Numbered from the stretch's first letter, positions 1 through 12,127 are shown. The stretch is 38,876 nt of DNA from Neolecta irregularis DAH-3 (GCA_001929475.1 LXFE01003900.1:1-38876), one strand, 5' to 3'. Notes: a model not told the origin generated them from the sequence alone. Translations and numbers: made by a program.

Positions 1-1019
1 GTATCATGTCAAAGAGAGATTTCTCACTCGACACTGTTTGACTGATTTTCTCACTCGACACTGTTTGACTGATTTTCTCACTGGACACTGTTTTCTCACT
101 CGACACTGTTTTCTCACTCGACACTGTTTGACTGATTTTCTCACTGGACACTGTCTGACTAACAGTTTTCACAACATTCTCAAATATTCCCTCACAATCA
201 ATCGTCTTTTCAAATGATCCATCTCGATTTCCCGAGGTACCGCCAACACATCTAGTCTCGTGGTCCATCGTAAATAACCGGTCCATATTCATTCCGGATT
301 CTTTAGAATGAATCGCAATCCCTTCCATCTTGAATCTCATCCGCATCGGGACGTTGTCAACTGAATCTTTTTCAACAATCTTCTTTCGTCCTCGGATAGG
401 ATACGGTGTACTTGTGTTGAACAATGGTTCAGAAATCTTTTGTCGAATCACTGTATGTAAAGGTGATCGATGCATATATGCGGTGCTTTTCGCCCTACGC
501 AGGCACGTCCGAATTGATTCCTCGCTCTCAGAGGACTCGGCCTCCTTGCGGGTTTCGTCATCAGATGAATCAGACGAGGCTGAATCCAGAGATGAAGGCG
601 GCTCCGAGAGTTCACTGTCCGACAAGTCGCCAGCTTTGCTGCCCACTGATACAAGAGATTGAGCGGACAAAGTAGAGCTTGGAGGTGTCTGTGGTCCTCC
701 ATTGCTTATCTGGTTTGTGACTACGTAGATCAATCAAGTTTGCCATAATCATACCAGAGTCAGTCTCAACTCGTAGCTTTGGCGGTCGTCCTCGCTTTCG
801 TTTTGGAGGAAAGATCTGTGAACAGTGGTATCGTTCTCTGAATTCAGATCTCAGCTGAGAAAGAATTGTCGGCGGCATAGATTTAATCTTGCAGTCGAAC
901 GTGTTCGAGGAAGTGAACGTTATTCCGGGCGCATTTGGCCATATATTTGAACGAGACTGCTTTCTCCAAGGCTTTCTAGGTAGACTCCAGTCTGGAGGGG
1001 AAGCCGGAGGTGTATGCAT
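1..1019 (-). CDS. Hypothetical AT-hook-like, Ser/Glu-rich protein with (ISQ)TVSSEK repeats; 3' end runs off the window
   Basis: ATG at 1019 (MHTPPASPP...), then KRKRGRPPK. Removing a 34-nt GTATGA...GTAG intron (754-721) opens a frame with no stop down to base 1 (SSDSSDDETRKEAESSESEE...TVSSEK repeats). Confidence 0.6.
21..164. repeat. Coding minisatellite of 27-bp and 18-bp units
   Basis: Units start at 21, 48, 75, 93, 111 and 138 (ttctcactSgacactgtt, with or without tgactgatt). They encode ISQTVSSEK or TVSSEK on the minus strand. Confidence 0.9.
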
Positions 1020-1165
1020 CGAGATCAAATTCAGATCCTCAATCGTATTACTCTATGCAACCTTGTCCTGGGAGAATTCTGTGTACAAATTGATTCAACT
1101 AGTGTTCCTCTGCGCTTTTCCGAATGATTTCACAACAGCGTTACACAAGTCTGTTTGATGAATTA

Positions 1166-1391
1166 TCGAATTCCGTGGTCTATACAGGGACGTCCGGGAG
1201 TTTCTTCTCCTTCTCCTTCTCCCTTTTGTTCTCAAATGCCATCTACAAGCAATCAACAATCACAGACCATCCCGANNNNNNNNNNACTCGAATTCCGTGG
1301 TCTATACAGGGACGTCCGGGAGTTTCTTCTCCTTCTCCCTTTTGTTCTCAAATGCCATCTACAAGCAATCAACAATCACAGACCATCCCGA
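1166..1391. repeat. ~105-bp direct duplication flanking a short N assembly gap
   Basis: The same sequence (tcgaattccgtggtc...gaccatcccga) lies on both sides of the N run, differing by one ttctcc unit. Confidence 0.85.
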
Positions 1392-1399
1392 ATTTTCAA

Positions 1400-1542
1400 C
1401 GGGGTGACGCTCTGATCCTTTGCCGTTCTGGACCACGGACATACATGAAATAGTCTACGGAGTTCCACTCAATATCTCTACTGGTCAGATCTCCAATGCG
1501 CTTTGCACCGCTCTGATTCATTTGGATCATAAAGTCACCCCG
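1400..1542. repeat. 19-bp imperfect inverted repeat enclosing 105 bp
   Basis: cggggtgacgctctgatcc (1400-1418) versus ggatcataaagtcaccccg (1524-1542): 16/19 complementary. Confidence 0.6.
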
Positions 1543-1650
1543 ATACATCTTATCTTTCGATATATTGCCTTAATTCGATACATATTTATCTGATATATTG
1601 TTACCTTCGATACATCTTATCTTTCGATATATTGCCTTAATTCGATACAT
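1541..1650. repeat. GATA-rich minisatellite (16-18-bp units) with a 43-bp exact duplication
   Basis: cgatacatcttatctttcgatatattgccttaattcgatacat occurs at 1541-1583 and 1608-1650. Confidence 0.85.
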
Positions 1651-1895
1651 TATCTAGAATAGAGCCTGAATCACATGCAATAGAAATTATCTGAAAAAGG
1701 TCTGGTTTCGTTGACGTGTTGGTATTCCGTACCCGCCGACGCACATACATTTCAAGCATGAAATGATCCCAGACTATCCAATACAAATTGTTCCGGCTGT
1801 CTAGTTGGATGTAGATCAAGTCTCAGGTTTATACATGAGGCTCATTCAAGTTCCATCGATATAACCACCACTAGCCTACCTTTATTTTAGAAAAG

Positions 1896-2803
1896 ATGGA
1901 TTCAACCGCTCCGTCTCATCCAGATCCACATAGTTTGTCTTTAAAGGTACTCTAATTCGTCATATTACAATTGACATTTTCACAGGTAATGCGCATTTCC
2001 CAACCACTCTTAGCCATTCGTGCACCCTTGCCCACAACCTCCAGTTCCGCCCTCAATGAACTTTTGACCTTTGATCCAATACTTGCCCAGACACACCTCC
2101 CCCAAGAATTCGGAACGATATACGTCGGACAAACATTTTCTACATATATCTGCATAAACAATGATTCAAAGGACAACGTCGACGGTATCATTGTATCAGC
2201 AGAATTGCAAGACAGTCTCACAAAAGTACTCTTGCTGGATACCGAGAAAAGCTTCCAGCTACAAGGCGGCGCGAGTAAAGAGCAAATCGTGTCTCATGAA
2301 GTACCCGATTGCTCAAAGTCGGCCGTATTCTGACATGACAGATATCCGAAGCTGGGCCTCATGTATTAAGCGTGACCTTGACCTATCAAACGCCAATCTC
2401 AAATGACCAATCTCGCCATAGATCGTTTCGAAAACTATACAAATTCTCAACAAAACCAAGTCTCAATGTTCGCTCAAAAAGTTTACGATATCCCCTTTCA
2501 GATGAATTAAAGATTCTAGTTGTAACGCAGATAATTAATGTGACTGACGACGCAATTAACCTCTACGATGTACTTTTTATTCCTACAGAAAGCTGGACGA
2601 CGCAAGATTTGAACTGTGACGCTAACGGGAAGAAACTGATGGAAGTTGTCTTGCCCGGCGATATCATACAGTACATGTTTTTGCTGAGAGGGGGGTCCGG
2701 CCAGGGACGACTTGAGCTTGGAAAAATTGGTATTGGATGGAGAGGACCAATGGGTGAGAGGGGAAGATTAAGCAGTATGATGATATCGGCGCATTTGGAG
2801 TAA
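1896..2803 (+). CDS. TRAPPC13: TRAPP complex subunit 13 / DUF974 family protein
   Basis: HSLSLKVMR...LPQEFGTIYVGQTFSTYICINNDS...FRKLYKF...GIGWRGPMGERGRL. Introns at 1947-1985 and 2301-2341 restore the frame. Confidence 0.85.
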
Positions 2804-3126
2804 ATGGTTGAGATTAGATTCGTTTATTTTGAATGACACAAAATACATGACAATTCAGGCAAGATGATTAATAGCCGGGGGTAGCTAAGAGCAATAACTC
2901 GCGGATCAAAAAGGAAGCAAACTAAAATCAAGGTGGTGTGGCTGCAGATTCCACAGATGGGACAGAACACATGGATCGAGAGTGAGTTAGGAATCCCGGT
3001 CGGCCATGCCACGGATGTAACCATAATTATGACTGAGGAATTCACGAACTTTGCGATTGTTGCATATGTATATATTATGCAATGTGTATCTCAACAAAAA
3101 GTATAAACGATACCTCTCCTGTAACG

Positions 3127-3302
3127 CCCAACCCAAAGCAAATAAACCCTCTTGAATCTATATCAAAACGCAACAGAGAAAACCTACCGCTCAACACTGT
3201 TCCTCTTCCACCTTACCCAACCCAAAAGCAAATAAACCCTCTTAAATCTATATCAAAAAGCAAGAGAAAAAACTACCGCTCAACACTGTTCCTCTTCCAC
3301 CT
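3127..3302. repeat. 89-bp-period tandem duplication of the RGS stop-codon/3'UTR segment
   Basis: 3127-3213 and 3216-3302 are near identical; both encode WKRNSVER* on the minus strand. Confidence 0.9.
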
Positions 3303-4325
3303 CAGCTTCTCTCTCATCTTTTTGCCCCATTTAGGGCCTTGTTCAGCGTTTGGTGGAGTACTAGGAGGTGTCATGGGGATAGCAACTTCTTCCATGTCGC
3401 TATCGCCGCTTTCACTCCAACCGACAGGGCTATGATCCGAGCAAGGGGTCGTCGAACCAGGCAACTGACCGCTCGTTGGACTTGTCATCGAAAATCGAGA
3501 GCCAGAACTCGTCGTTGGAGAAAATTTAGTACCAGTGGAAGCAGGTAGACTCAGACGATGAGACGACACTGAACTTCTATTCGAATCCACTGAGAATCTA
3601 CCACTATTCCGCTGAGCCTGAGATTGCATCCTGGGAGAAGCATGTTTCAACGATGCAAGAAAGGGTGCAAGGACACTATCCCTCATCAACTCGATCGTGA
3701 GAGCGACTGCTTGGTCAAGAGAGTCAGGGGTTGGTGCTGCAAAATGGAGCGGCATTCTGATCAACGGGTCGCGCACATGTGCCGGGAGATTCACTTCTCT
3801 AGGGGCACATGGTCGAATATAAGCGTCGACCAGTCTCTTCCACAGCACTATTAGACGTTCGGAATCATTCACCTCCGGCACGCCATTTGAGTTGGCCGCA
3901 GCGGCAAGATATGTCTGACGGTAACGGCTTGCGTCAAGAACAAACTCCAGGGTTTCGAGGCAATGGTTCTGACTAAGGAAAGCCATGAATGCGGAAAGTG
4001 TATAAGGGGGAGGAGCAGTATTTGCGAGAACTTCTGTGAGAGAGGGAAGCTGCGATGATTGCCGTTGTCGCTGTTGATATAATGCCGAATCTACAGACTG
4101 GCAATACGAGGCAGGACGGATGTGCTTTGGTGTGGCATGGTCCTGGGTTTGCTGTAGATATGGCTTTTCCGAATGAGCTGTATGCCTTCTGAACGGAGTG
4201 GGCGCCTGTTCATAGGAGGACGAACGACACTGTAGAGAAAGCTCTGGGGGTTGAAGATATGAGGACTGAGGTTGCTGTAGCAGCCGAGGTTCCAAGTCGG
4301 TAGATATTTCTGCGTGAGTGGCCAT
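3273..4325 (-). CDS. RGS-domain protein (RgsA/Rgs2-like)
   Basis: Intronless 350-aa ORF. LPSLTEVLANTAPPPYTLSAFMAFLSQNHCLETLEF...YIRPCAPREVNLP...PFL is a fungal RGS domain. Confidence 0.88.
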   Translation of the reverse strand: MATHAEISTDLEPRLLQQPQSSYLQPPELSLQCRSSSYEQAPTPFRRHTAHSEKPYLQQTQDHATPKHIRPASYCQSVDSALYQQRQRQSSQLPSLTEVLANTAPPPYTLSAFMAFLSQNHCLETLEFVLDASRYRQTYLAAAANSNGVPEVNDSERLIVLWKRLVDAYIRPCAPREVNLPAHVRDPLIRMPLHFAAPTPDSLDQAVALTIELMRDSVLAPFLASLKHASPRMQSQAQRNSGRFSVDSNRSSVSSHRLSLPASTGTKFSPTTSSGSRFSMTSPTSGQLPGSTTPCSDHSPVGWSESGDSDMEEVAIPMTPPSTPPNAEQGPKWGKKMREKLRWKRNSVER

Positions 4326-5904
4326 GAACAGCTTCTTTCGCGTTTCTTCTTTGTGCTTTGTAGTGTTTTGTTTTGTTCTTATGCGATACCGCAGATGGCA
4401 GGCGGTGATAGACTACACAGAGTAAATTCAATGGCCAAGAGAATGGTGAAGGAGAGCTAAAGCGGCTGAGGCTGTGTTAAGCCGGAAATGCAAACGTAAA
4501 AGAATGGTCTGTCGGGTGAAAAGGTGGCGTCGGGACCTGCCGCAATAGGCAAAGTACTCCGGCATCTTTTCTCTATATCCGCCGCCAAGACATCGTGCTC
4601 CGTCATCACCAGGCTACTCTTATATCCACCTCAATCCGTGCTGCTTATCCACGCAAGAAATACAGGGGTACAAGTAGAAATAGGTCCCTGGTTTCCTGGC
4701 GGCAAGCCGCGAATTTGCCCCTTCCGGTCATAGAATCCGCCACTTGATAACAGGCAGCCTGCTCTATTCTTAGAAACGCCATACAGCAGTATTCGGTGCA
4801 TGACGAGAGCCCCTTTATAAATATATACACAATCTTTATCCTGGCTGAATCCGTTGAAGACAGCATCACGAGATGGTTATAGTTTTACATGTCAAGTCAG
4901 CAACCTGTTGCTCCCCCGCTCTAATCGAATCAGCACCCCCCTGCATCATCAATAGAATCTATACTTCTACACTCTCGACTTCCTCCATTGACACAATCAT
5001 GCGGTGAAATCTTTCTGGCAACTCATTGCGGTCGGTGAATCGTCCGCTGTTGCTGGTTGAACTCGCTAGCGGCCCATGGAGCTGAGCCTTCTGGCGATAC
5101 TGAGCAAATGAGCTCGGCAATTCTCGACTCGATAAAGGATGTCGTCTTGGAGTATGGTCAATTTCCTCTAGGTAGGAGTCAGACCTACGTCGGCTGTCAC
5201 TGGAGGCGTACCAGGAATTTTGCGTTTTCCGAGAAATTGGATCGATGGAGTATGCTTGGCCAGACGGATCAATGCTGGATGCGCCATTACTTTGAAATAG
5301 GGAACGTGTGACTAGATAGGGTCGTTGGGCGGCGGGGTTTTGTAGTTTGTCATCACGTGAATGATAAGCAAACTGCTAATCAAGCCCGATAACACGCTTG
5401 TGGGGCAAATGAAGGAACTCTTTAAATTTTTCTAAAGCATGTGCTAAGCTAGAATCGGTCCACTCTATGACCATGTCACTCTCAGGCTACACTTGACTTG
5501 TACAATTTTCGAGGATTCTGACACGACTTGGATAGAGTGAAAACGGTTCTTGGATTGTTGCTTAGGTGGATAGGACACTATCCACCGAGTCGTACAAACA
5601 GGCGGCCACAGGACTACTTGTAATATAACAGAAACAGCCACGTCAGCTTTTGGACCAAATAAGAATAAAATAAAAGAGACCCTTTAAATATCCTCAAATA
5701 TTACGTGAATCATTTTCTTTCCATCAGCTGAAAAATGTTGAACAAAGAGTATGTCTCACTGTCATAAGAAGGGCAGTGAGACCTGCAGATCTTTGTCGTT
5801 GCTCTCCCTTGTTTCATGGGTACGCTAAGGTTTAACCAATCATGCGAATGAGCAATCAAGAGGCGTAGAATATGCCACGAGAAACATTGCAGATCTTCCA
5901 AAGA

Positions 5905-6655
5905 TCACACAAGACAACCAATAAATTTTGCTCTCGAGTATTTTTCGCTCAATTCCTTCCACTGAACGAAGAACATATCTGCAAAGGGATAAAGCAGGTT
6001 TCCAGACAACGAAAGTCGAGTTACCCTCGCAAATGACTCGACATAAATAATCTGAATGGACCTGATCCCAAGAATCTTTGTTCAATTAGCATGGAGTAAC
6101 GGTCAAAGACGATTACACGAGGGAGATATGCTGCGATACAGAGCATCACACATGTACCAGGGCCATTTACCAACATCTGGATGTCAATTCAATATCGGGG
6201 GAAGCGTAGGATACAACATCTGGCATGCCACCACGAAAGAGCTCCCCAAAACATCCAAAAAGCGAACGAATTGCACTGAAAGGTGTACTTGTCCAGGTCT
6301 GGCCTACCTGCCGTGCCCGAGGAAGAACTCGAATCTCATACCGACCGACTGGGGGTAGTAACACGGATTCGAATTCGGCGATCTTGCAGGAGCTGAGAAA
6401 GTCTCCTTCGCTCGTGAAATATGTCCGTATAGGGAATTTTACAAGGTTAAGAGAGGCTAGTAAACGAATCATTTCGGCGGTATGGCCTCCTGTATGTCAG
6501 TAAAACCTTTGGACCAGCAGATGACCTGAGCCGAGAAAGACGGCTAAAGAAGCCGACTGGCGACGGGGAGACGGGCATTGCTTGCGGTAAAAGGGAATTA
6601 TCCAGGATAATCTGAGCAGGAGGAGCAATGCAGCAACAGACAGCAGGAGAAGCAT
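5905..6655 (-). CDS. ALG14: UDP-GlcNAc transferase subunit Alg14
   Basis: N-terminal TM segment, VFLGSGGHTAEM, PRARQVGQ, NGPGTC, YVESFARV, FFVQW. Three short introns. Confidence 0.93.
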
Positions 6656-6778
6656 GGCGCGGATTCGGGAGATCCCGGAACTAGCCTTAGCAAGAAACGG
6701 GTGAGTGGGGGAGCGTCTCCATCTCCCCATCAATGACGTTCAGCAGCACTGTCTGATCTATCCGCTCCATCAAATGCC

Positions 6779-7988
6779 ATGCCTAATCTGAAGAGAAAGC
6801 GCCAGCAGCAGCTCCATGGCGAAAAAGAGCAACAGCCCCTGCCGCAGCAGCAATCGGTGCTGCCTAACACCACAGCCCCTAATCAGCACCCACCGGAATA
6901 CGATTCCCCTGCGCAGGATGACTCAGAGAGCGAAGAACAGAGAAATTCGTCTACAAAAAGACCTTGTCTAGCCTCTGACGACTCGGCATCGACATTCGGC
7001 TGGAAGAGTTCCAGTGGAGATACAGTCTCCTTCAAAATCAATACCCCGCCCCAAGATCGCCAAATCCGAATTTATTGTGACGGAGTGTTTGACCTCTTCC
7101 ACCTTGGGCATATCTCCTACTATCTGCAACTGCTCACGGCAGCCACATGCGCCAGCTGGAACAGGCAAAGAAAGCTTTTGAGAATGTGTTCCTTCTGGTT
7201 GGCGTACCCAATGACCAAGAAACCCATACTCGGAAGGGACTCACCGTTCTCAACGATAAAGAACGCGCAGAGACTGTCCGCCACTGCAAATGGGTCGACG
7301 AAGTCATTGAAGATGCACCTTGGATCATTACCCCTGAGTTTATTGAAGAACATAACATCGATTATGTTGCCCACGATGATCTCCCGTATCCTGGGGGTGA
7401 TGTTACAGATATTTATAAACCCGTCAAAGATATGGGCAAGTTCCTCCCTACCCAACGCACAAATGGTGTCTCTACATCAGATATCATCACTCGGTACCAT
7501 GCCCTATGAAGTATTTGCTGATCACTAGGATCGTGAGAGATTATGACGAATATGTCGTACGAAATCTCAAACGGGGAGTCGACAGAAAGTCACTCAACAT
7601 AAGTCTGTTTAAGAAAAATGAACTCGACTTCAAACGACACGTTTCTGATCTCCGACGTCAAATAAAGGACAACTGGACAACAGCAGGTCGCGATATACGT
7701 GACGATCTCAAGGTCCTCTGGTCGCCTCATCCACATCATCATTCCGCCCTTCTCCGTGAAGATGACCAGGAAGATCCTCCCTCTCCTCGCTCCGAATTTA
7801 TCAATGGATTCGCTGCAGGCATATTCGGTGGAGTTAGAGGGTGGATAAGAAAAGCTGCCAAGGCAGAGGGTTCAGTTCGTGGGACACCCGGGGTAAGTCC
7901 AAGTCCTAGTCCTGAGAACAGTAAAAAGATAGCTCTCTCGGTTGCAAGAGGCGGTAGTTCTGCTTCAGAAGCTATTGCGGAGACCTAA
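6779..7988 (+). CDS. PCT1: Choline-phosphate cytidylyltransferase
   Basis: [59 protein letters not shown]. Introns at 7108-7142 (GC-AG) and 7494-7528. Confidence 0.95.
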
Positions 7989-8110
7989 ATTAAATTATTC
8001 AGAGAGTTTAGCATGGAAATAACAATCATTTGTAAGGCATTTATACATATAGCCAGCGAAGCTTAGCTTCCTTCATTTTTGTGGGTACATCTTTCTAAAT
8101 ATGGCATGGT

Positions 8111-8450
8111 TCAATTTTGTGGATTGAGTATTCCTGTTTCTACATGTTCCTTGTCCTGAACTGCAAATCTTTTCAGGTACTTTCCAGGTACTACAACTAA
8201 TCCAACAGACCGTTGTTTATCTACCGATAAATCATTGTTTCCATAGCACGAAGAACCATTTCTGAACTCCTTTGCGTGGTCAAGGATCAAATTTCGCTGT
8301 AAATTATCACAACCTGCCAAACAGCTTGAGTGAACCACGAACATCCCGATCGACACAAAGAAATTGTCCTTCAAAAACCCGCGAATCCTCAATCTCTGCA
8401 CGGACGACTCTACCTAGCCATGTCCTAATAAGCTCTTCGTTGGGCGACAT
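8111..8450 (-). CDS. NAA38: Sm-like NatC auxiliary subunit (Naa38/Mak31/LSMD1)
   Basis: MSPNEELIRTWLGRVVRAEIEDSRVFEGQFLCVDRD|RNLILDHAKEF...RSVGLVVVPGKY: Sm1 and Sm2 motifs. Two introns. Confidence 0.8.
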
Positions 8451-8526
8451 ACAGGGTGACGACAAAAATCTGAAATGACAACATATATGTATGGCTTTCT
8501 ACATAAAAGATTTCTTATACAATAAT

Positions 8527-10176
8527 TTACTTATTTAGTATTCTAACTGAAATTTCAATAATACTGATCGTAAAGACACAAACCCCGAAAACCACGCACG
8601 CAATGGCCGGCCACTTTCGTGGCGTGGTCTTCCAGTTCCCTGATGAAAGATGGATATAACACGATGGTGGAAGAACAAATGCCAATGCAACTGCAGAAGT
8701 TGAGCCGGTAATATCCAAAACCTGTAGATTAGAACGGAGATGAGGAGAGAACGTACAATTCCCAGATCCGAGGTAAAGAGAGATATCAAAACGGGAAAGA
8801 ATACGAGTGCTGTCGTTACTAAAAAATGCCGAGACTTGGACAACAGAGCTGTGGGATAGTAGATGTTTGAAAAAACCTATCGCGTTAATAAACAGCCCAA
8901 GTTTTTCTTACTTCTCGACAAACTAGACATTCCAAAGCAAAGGTAGTGATGCAATTAAACCCAAAACACAATCTAGCGAACGAAACCAGAAATGGAGCTT
9001 CACTTCCTTCAGGAAAATTGTTTAGTATATTTCCGCTTGTTTTTTCGTGAAAGGATAGATAGCCAGATATTCCCATAACGAGACATGCAAGCAGCGATAA
9101 TCCGGTACTGAGGTGCGTTACTAGGAAAAATCTGTCAATTGTGGGCTTTTTCAAGGAGCCATAGATCAGGAAGGAGTTGTGATGACAGACAAAGGCTTCA
9201 AGGGGTTACAAGTCAAGTAATAGAAGCAGAAATACCGAATGATATCACGCCAATTGCTCGAAAGACGTCAAGGTTTGTCTCAAATAATGCGTAGCTCTCA
9301 ACCCCCTTATACGGTTGTGGTACAATAGGACCTTCAAGACAGACCGTAATAATGATGATGATCTTGATGTAAATAGTGTCACAAAAGCGCTGCATACCAT
9401 ACTAATTAATGCGGCTCCGGAAGCCGCAGAAAGTTTACTGACATCTCCATGAAGCGATAGCGGCCATGACGTACATGAAGTACTCAAAATGATCATAAAT
9501 TCTCTGTTAACAAGGACTTTGAGAACTGGTACTGTTTTTAATGTTGGAAAAAGCGCAGCTAAAACGTTTGGAAATGTATCCCCTATTCTTGAATAAATCC
9601 GCTACAAAAAGGATAGAATTACCGGCAATAACAGAGAAAGCACACATTCCGCCGAAAGCAAATGCGAATTGAGCTACTGAGACGACGATAAATCCTGTAC
9701 GGCCGAAACAATGAGCGACGATATCTTGATAGGAGCTTTTTCCAGAAAGCTTTGCGGTAACGACGAGTAAGCTTAATATTTAAACTCTTTCAGTGTACTA
9801 GAATATACCGAATCGTCCAATCCAGGACAATTGTCAATGTAATTAATAATATTATACCCAGTATAATTCCACTTTCTCTCATTGCATACGGGATCCCAAT
9901 AATTCCAGCACCGATAATAGAATTCGCCATATTTAAAAAGCTATTAAGCAACCCTCCTCGCGATTTCTCGAGTTGGTCTAGCCAATCCAAGGACCCTCGA
10001 TAGTCTGAGGAATTACCCTCAAGTTCCAAAGTTACAAAATGATCCTCGCGATTAAGTAGCGGATTTGTTGGTTCTGGAATCGCTTCAAGTTGTTCAGAGG
10101 TCGTCGAATCGTTTGATGAATATGAGTGAAGACTTTCAATGTCATTCTGACTACGTGAACCATTGAGAAGATTCAT
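8527..10176 (-). CDS. AVT2: Vacuolar amino acid transporter (AAAP family, Avt2/SLC38A11-like)
   Basis: FLNMANSIIGAGIIGIPYA, FAFGGMCAF, GVISFAFVCHHNSFLIYGSL, LECLVCRE, LAFVLPP. Six introns. Confidence 0.88.
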
Positions 10177-10345
10177 ATGGCAAAGATCAAACAAATTGTA
10201 AGTTGGTGAATTTGTTCATAGATCCAGTTGAAGTGCTGTTTCGTTGTTCCAAAGCTAAAGATTGAAATTCCAATACATCATCAATAAATTTTATATATAT
10301 TATTCCATACAAAAGCTCCCGAATAGTATCTGAACAAATCCATTT

Positions 10346-11953
10346 CTACTTGCCTATGCAAAATGATCGAAATATTTCGCCAAGAACTTCTTCCGAGTCC
10401 ACGCGACCCGAAATTCTACCCAAAGCATCTGCCGCTATCCGGAGATCCTCTGCGTTAATTACCACATCTTGCGTGTCGCCCGCTGTAATCTGTTAGAAAA
10501 AAGTCAAAATACTTAACTACCCAAAAATGAGTCCAAACTTGCAATACAGTTCCGTAAAAGTACGCGATGCCGTTCTTGTGTTGCAACTACTTGATCCCCA
10601 GTAAATGTCATTTCTTTAAATATCTCCATTAGCCCTTCCAAAAACGCCTCGATGCCCTCCTTCGTTGTACATGAAAGGCCAAATATCATTTTGGCATCCA
10701 ATCCAGTTTTGTGCATATACTGGCTACGCATCCCATCATCCATGGGCATTGAATCAACTTTATTAACGGCTAGGACGACCTTTTGTTCCTCCCTGGCGTT
10801 GCTAATTTGATTCTTCAAATGGATTGTGATTTCTTCGCCTGCGGGTACCACGCAGATTTTCAAATCACTGTTTTCTGCTCTTTCCACTGCACGTCTGATT
10901 CCTTCCATTTCGATTTCGTCGTGACTCTTTCTCAGCCCAGCAGTATCGCCAACGATGACTGGATAACCGCCTACATCTAAAGTCACGTCGACGATATCCC
11001 GAGTCGTTCCAGCAATGGAAGATACGATACTGGCCGACCGTCCTGCGAGAGTATTGAGAAGAGATGATTTCCCTGCGTTCGGTGGACCTAAAAGAGCAAC
11101 ATGAATCCCTGAACGAAGAATTTCTCCTTTCAGCGATGAGGTAAGATGAGATTCGAGGTTTTCGCGAAGAGATTTCGCAATACTTCTCGCTTCCTAATTA
11201 GAAAATAGAATGTGCAACACTAATGAACACACCTAACTCGTAGCTTCCCTCGTCAATTTCTTCATCTTCACCAAAATCAATGATTGCTTCGACAAGTCCT
11301 CGAGCCTTGATAATCTGCCCCCTCCAAGATTCGTAAAGATTCAGGAGTTCTCCCTATTATGAGCACTTTTTACAAATTCTCTCGAAGTATACTCCAGCCA
11401 GTCTTACAGCGCTTCTTCTCTGTTCCTCTGTCTCTGCGTTTATGAGATCGTTTATTCCTTCCGCAGTCGTCAAATCCATTTTTTCATTTTCGAACGCTAG
11501 TTCTGTGAATTCTCCCGGTTGTGCGTAACGGGTATTATCAATACAAGAAATGGCATCCAGCACGGCTCTTTGTACTCCTCGTCCACCATGTATATGTAAT
11601 TCAAACATATCTTGACCAGTGAATGAATGCGGCGCCTGGAAGTAAAGAAGTAAGCACGAATCAAGAAGAATTTTGGTTTTTGGGTGATGAATTTTTCGAA
11701 GTGCTGCAAATCGGGGAGAGGGTATCGAATGAGTCATCTGATTTATGATTTCTCTAGTCCTTGGGCCGGATATTCGGATGACTGAGATCGCGGACCTTCC
11801 TGGAGGAGTAGATAAAGCATAGATTGTTGTGAAGTCTGTTGACAGCGACTGCTGTACAAAGCGTCTGGATTTTCCATAATGATTCGCATGATTTAAAGGC
11901 CACTGACTGGATCGATTTGTGGTACTCAAACGAAAAAGCAGGGCTCTGTTCAT
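10346..11953 (-). CDS. MSS1: Mitochondrial tRNA modification GTPase MnmE/GTPBP3
   Basis: [53 protein letters not shown]-terminal FCIGK*. Start codon uncertain (in-frame ATGs up to 12082). Confidence 0.93.
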
Positions 11954-12127
11954 AAAACCCTCACCAAGTGCAATTTGATTGATTTTGGAACGTTGACAAT
12001 AGGGATCAATCAGTGGGCTGCGAAAAATTACACATCCGAACATCATTAAGCTAAGACTATTAACTACAATACAGAACCCCATAATTAAAATTATACTGCG
12101 TGACTATACCTTCAAGATCTAATATCA

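Noticed and set aside
21-164. CRISPR-like or telomeric array
   Set aside because: There are no unique spacers, the units are multiples of 3 inside an open frame, and the genome is eukaryotic.
1166-1391. Direct repeat around the N gap as a biological duplication
   Set aside because: The copies abut the gap and differ only by a 6-bp microsatellite unit. This is most likely an unmerged contig overlap or two alleles.
330-1453. Plus-strand ORFs 330-662, 424-675, 889-1158 and 1124-1453
   Set aside because: They are antisense shadows of the minus-strand gene or run through the N gap, with no motifs.
4326-5900. RNA gene or CDS in the long RGS-ALG14 spacer
   Set aside because: No tRNA cloverleaf, snoRNA boxes or convincing ORF seen by eye.
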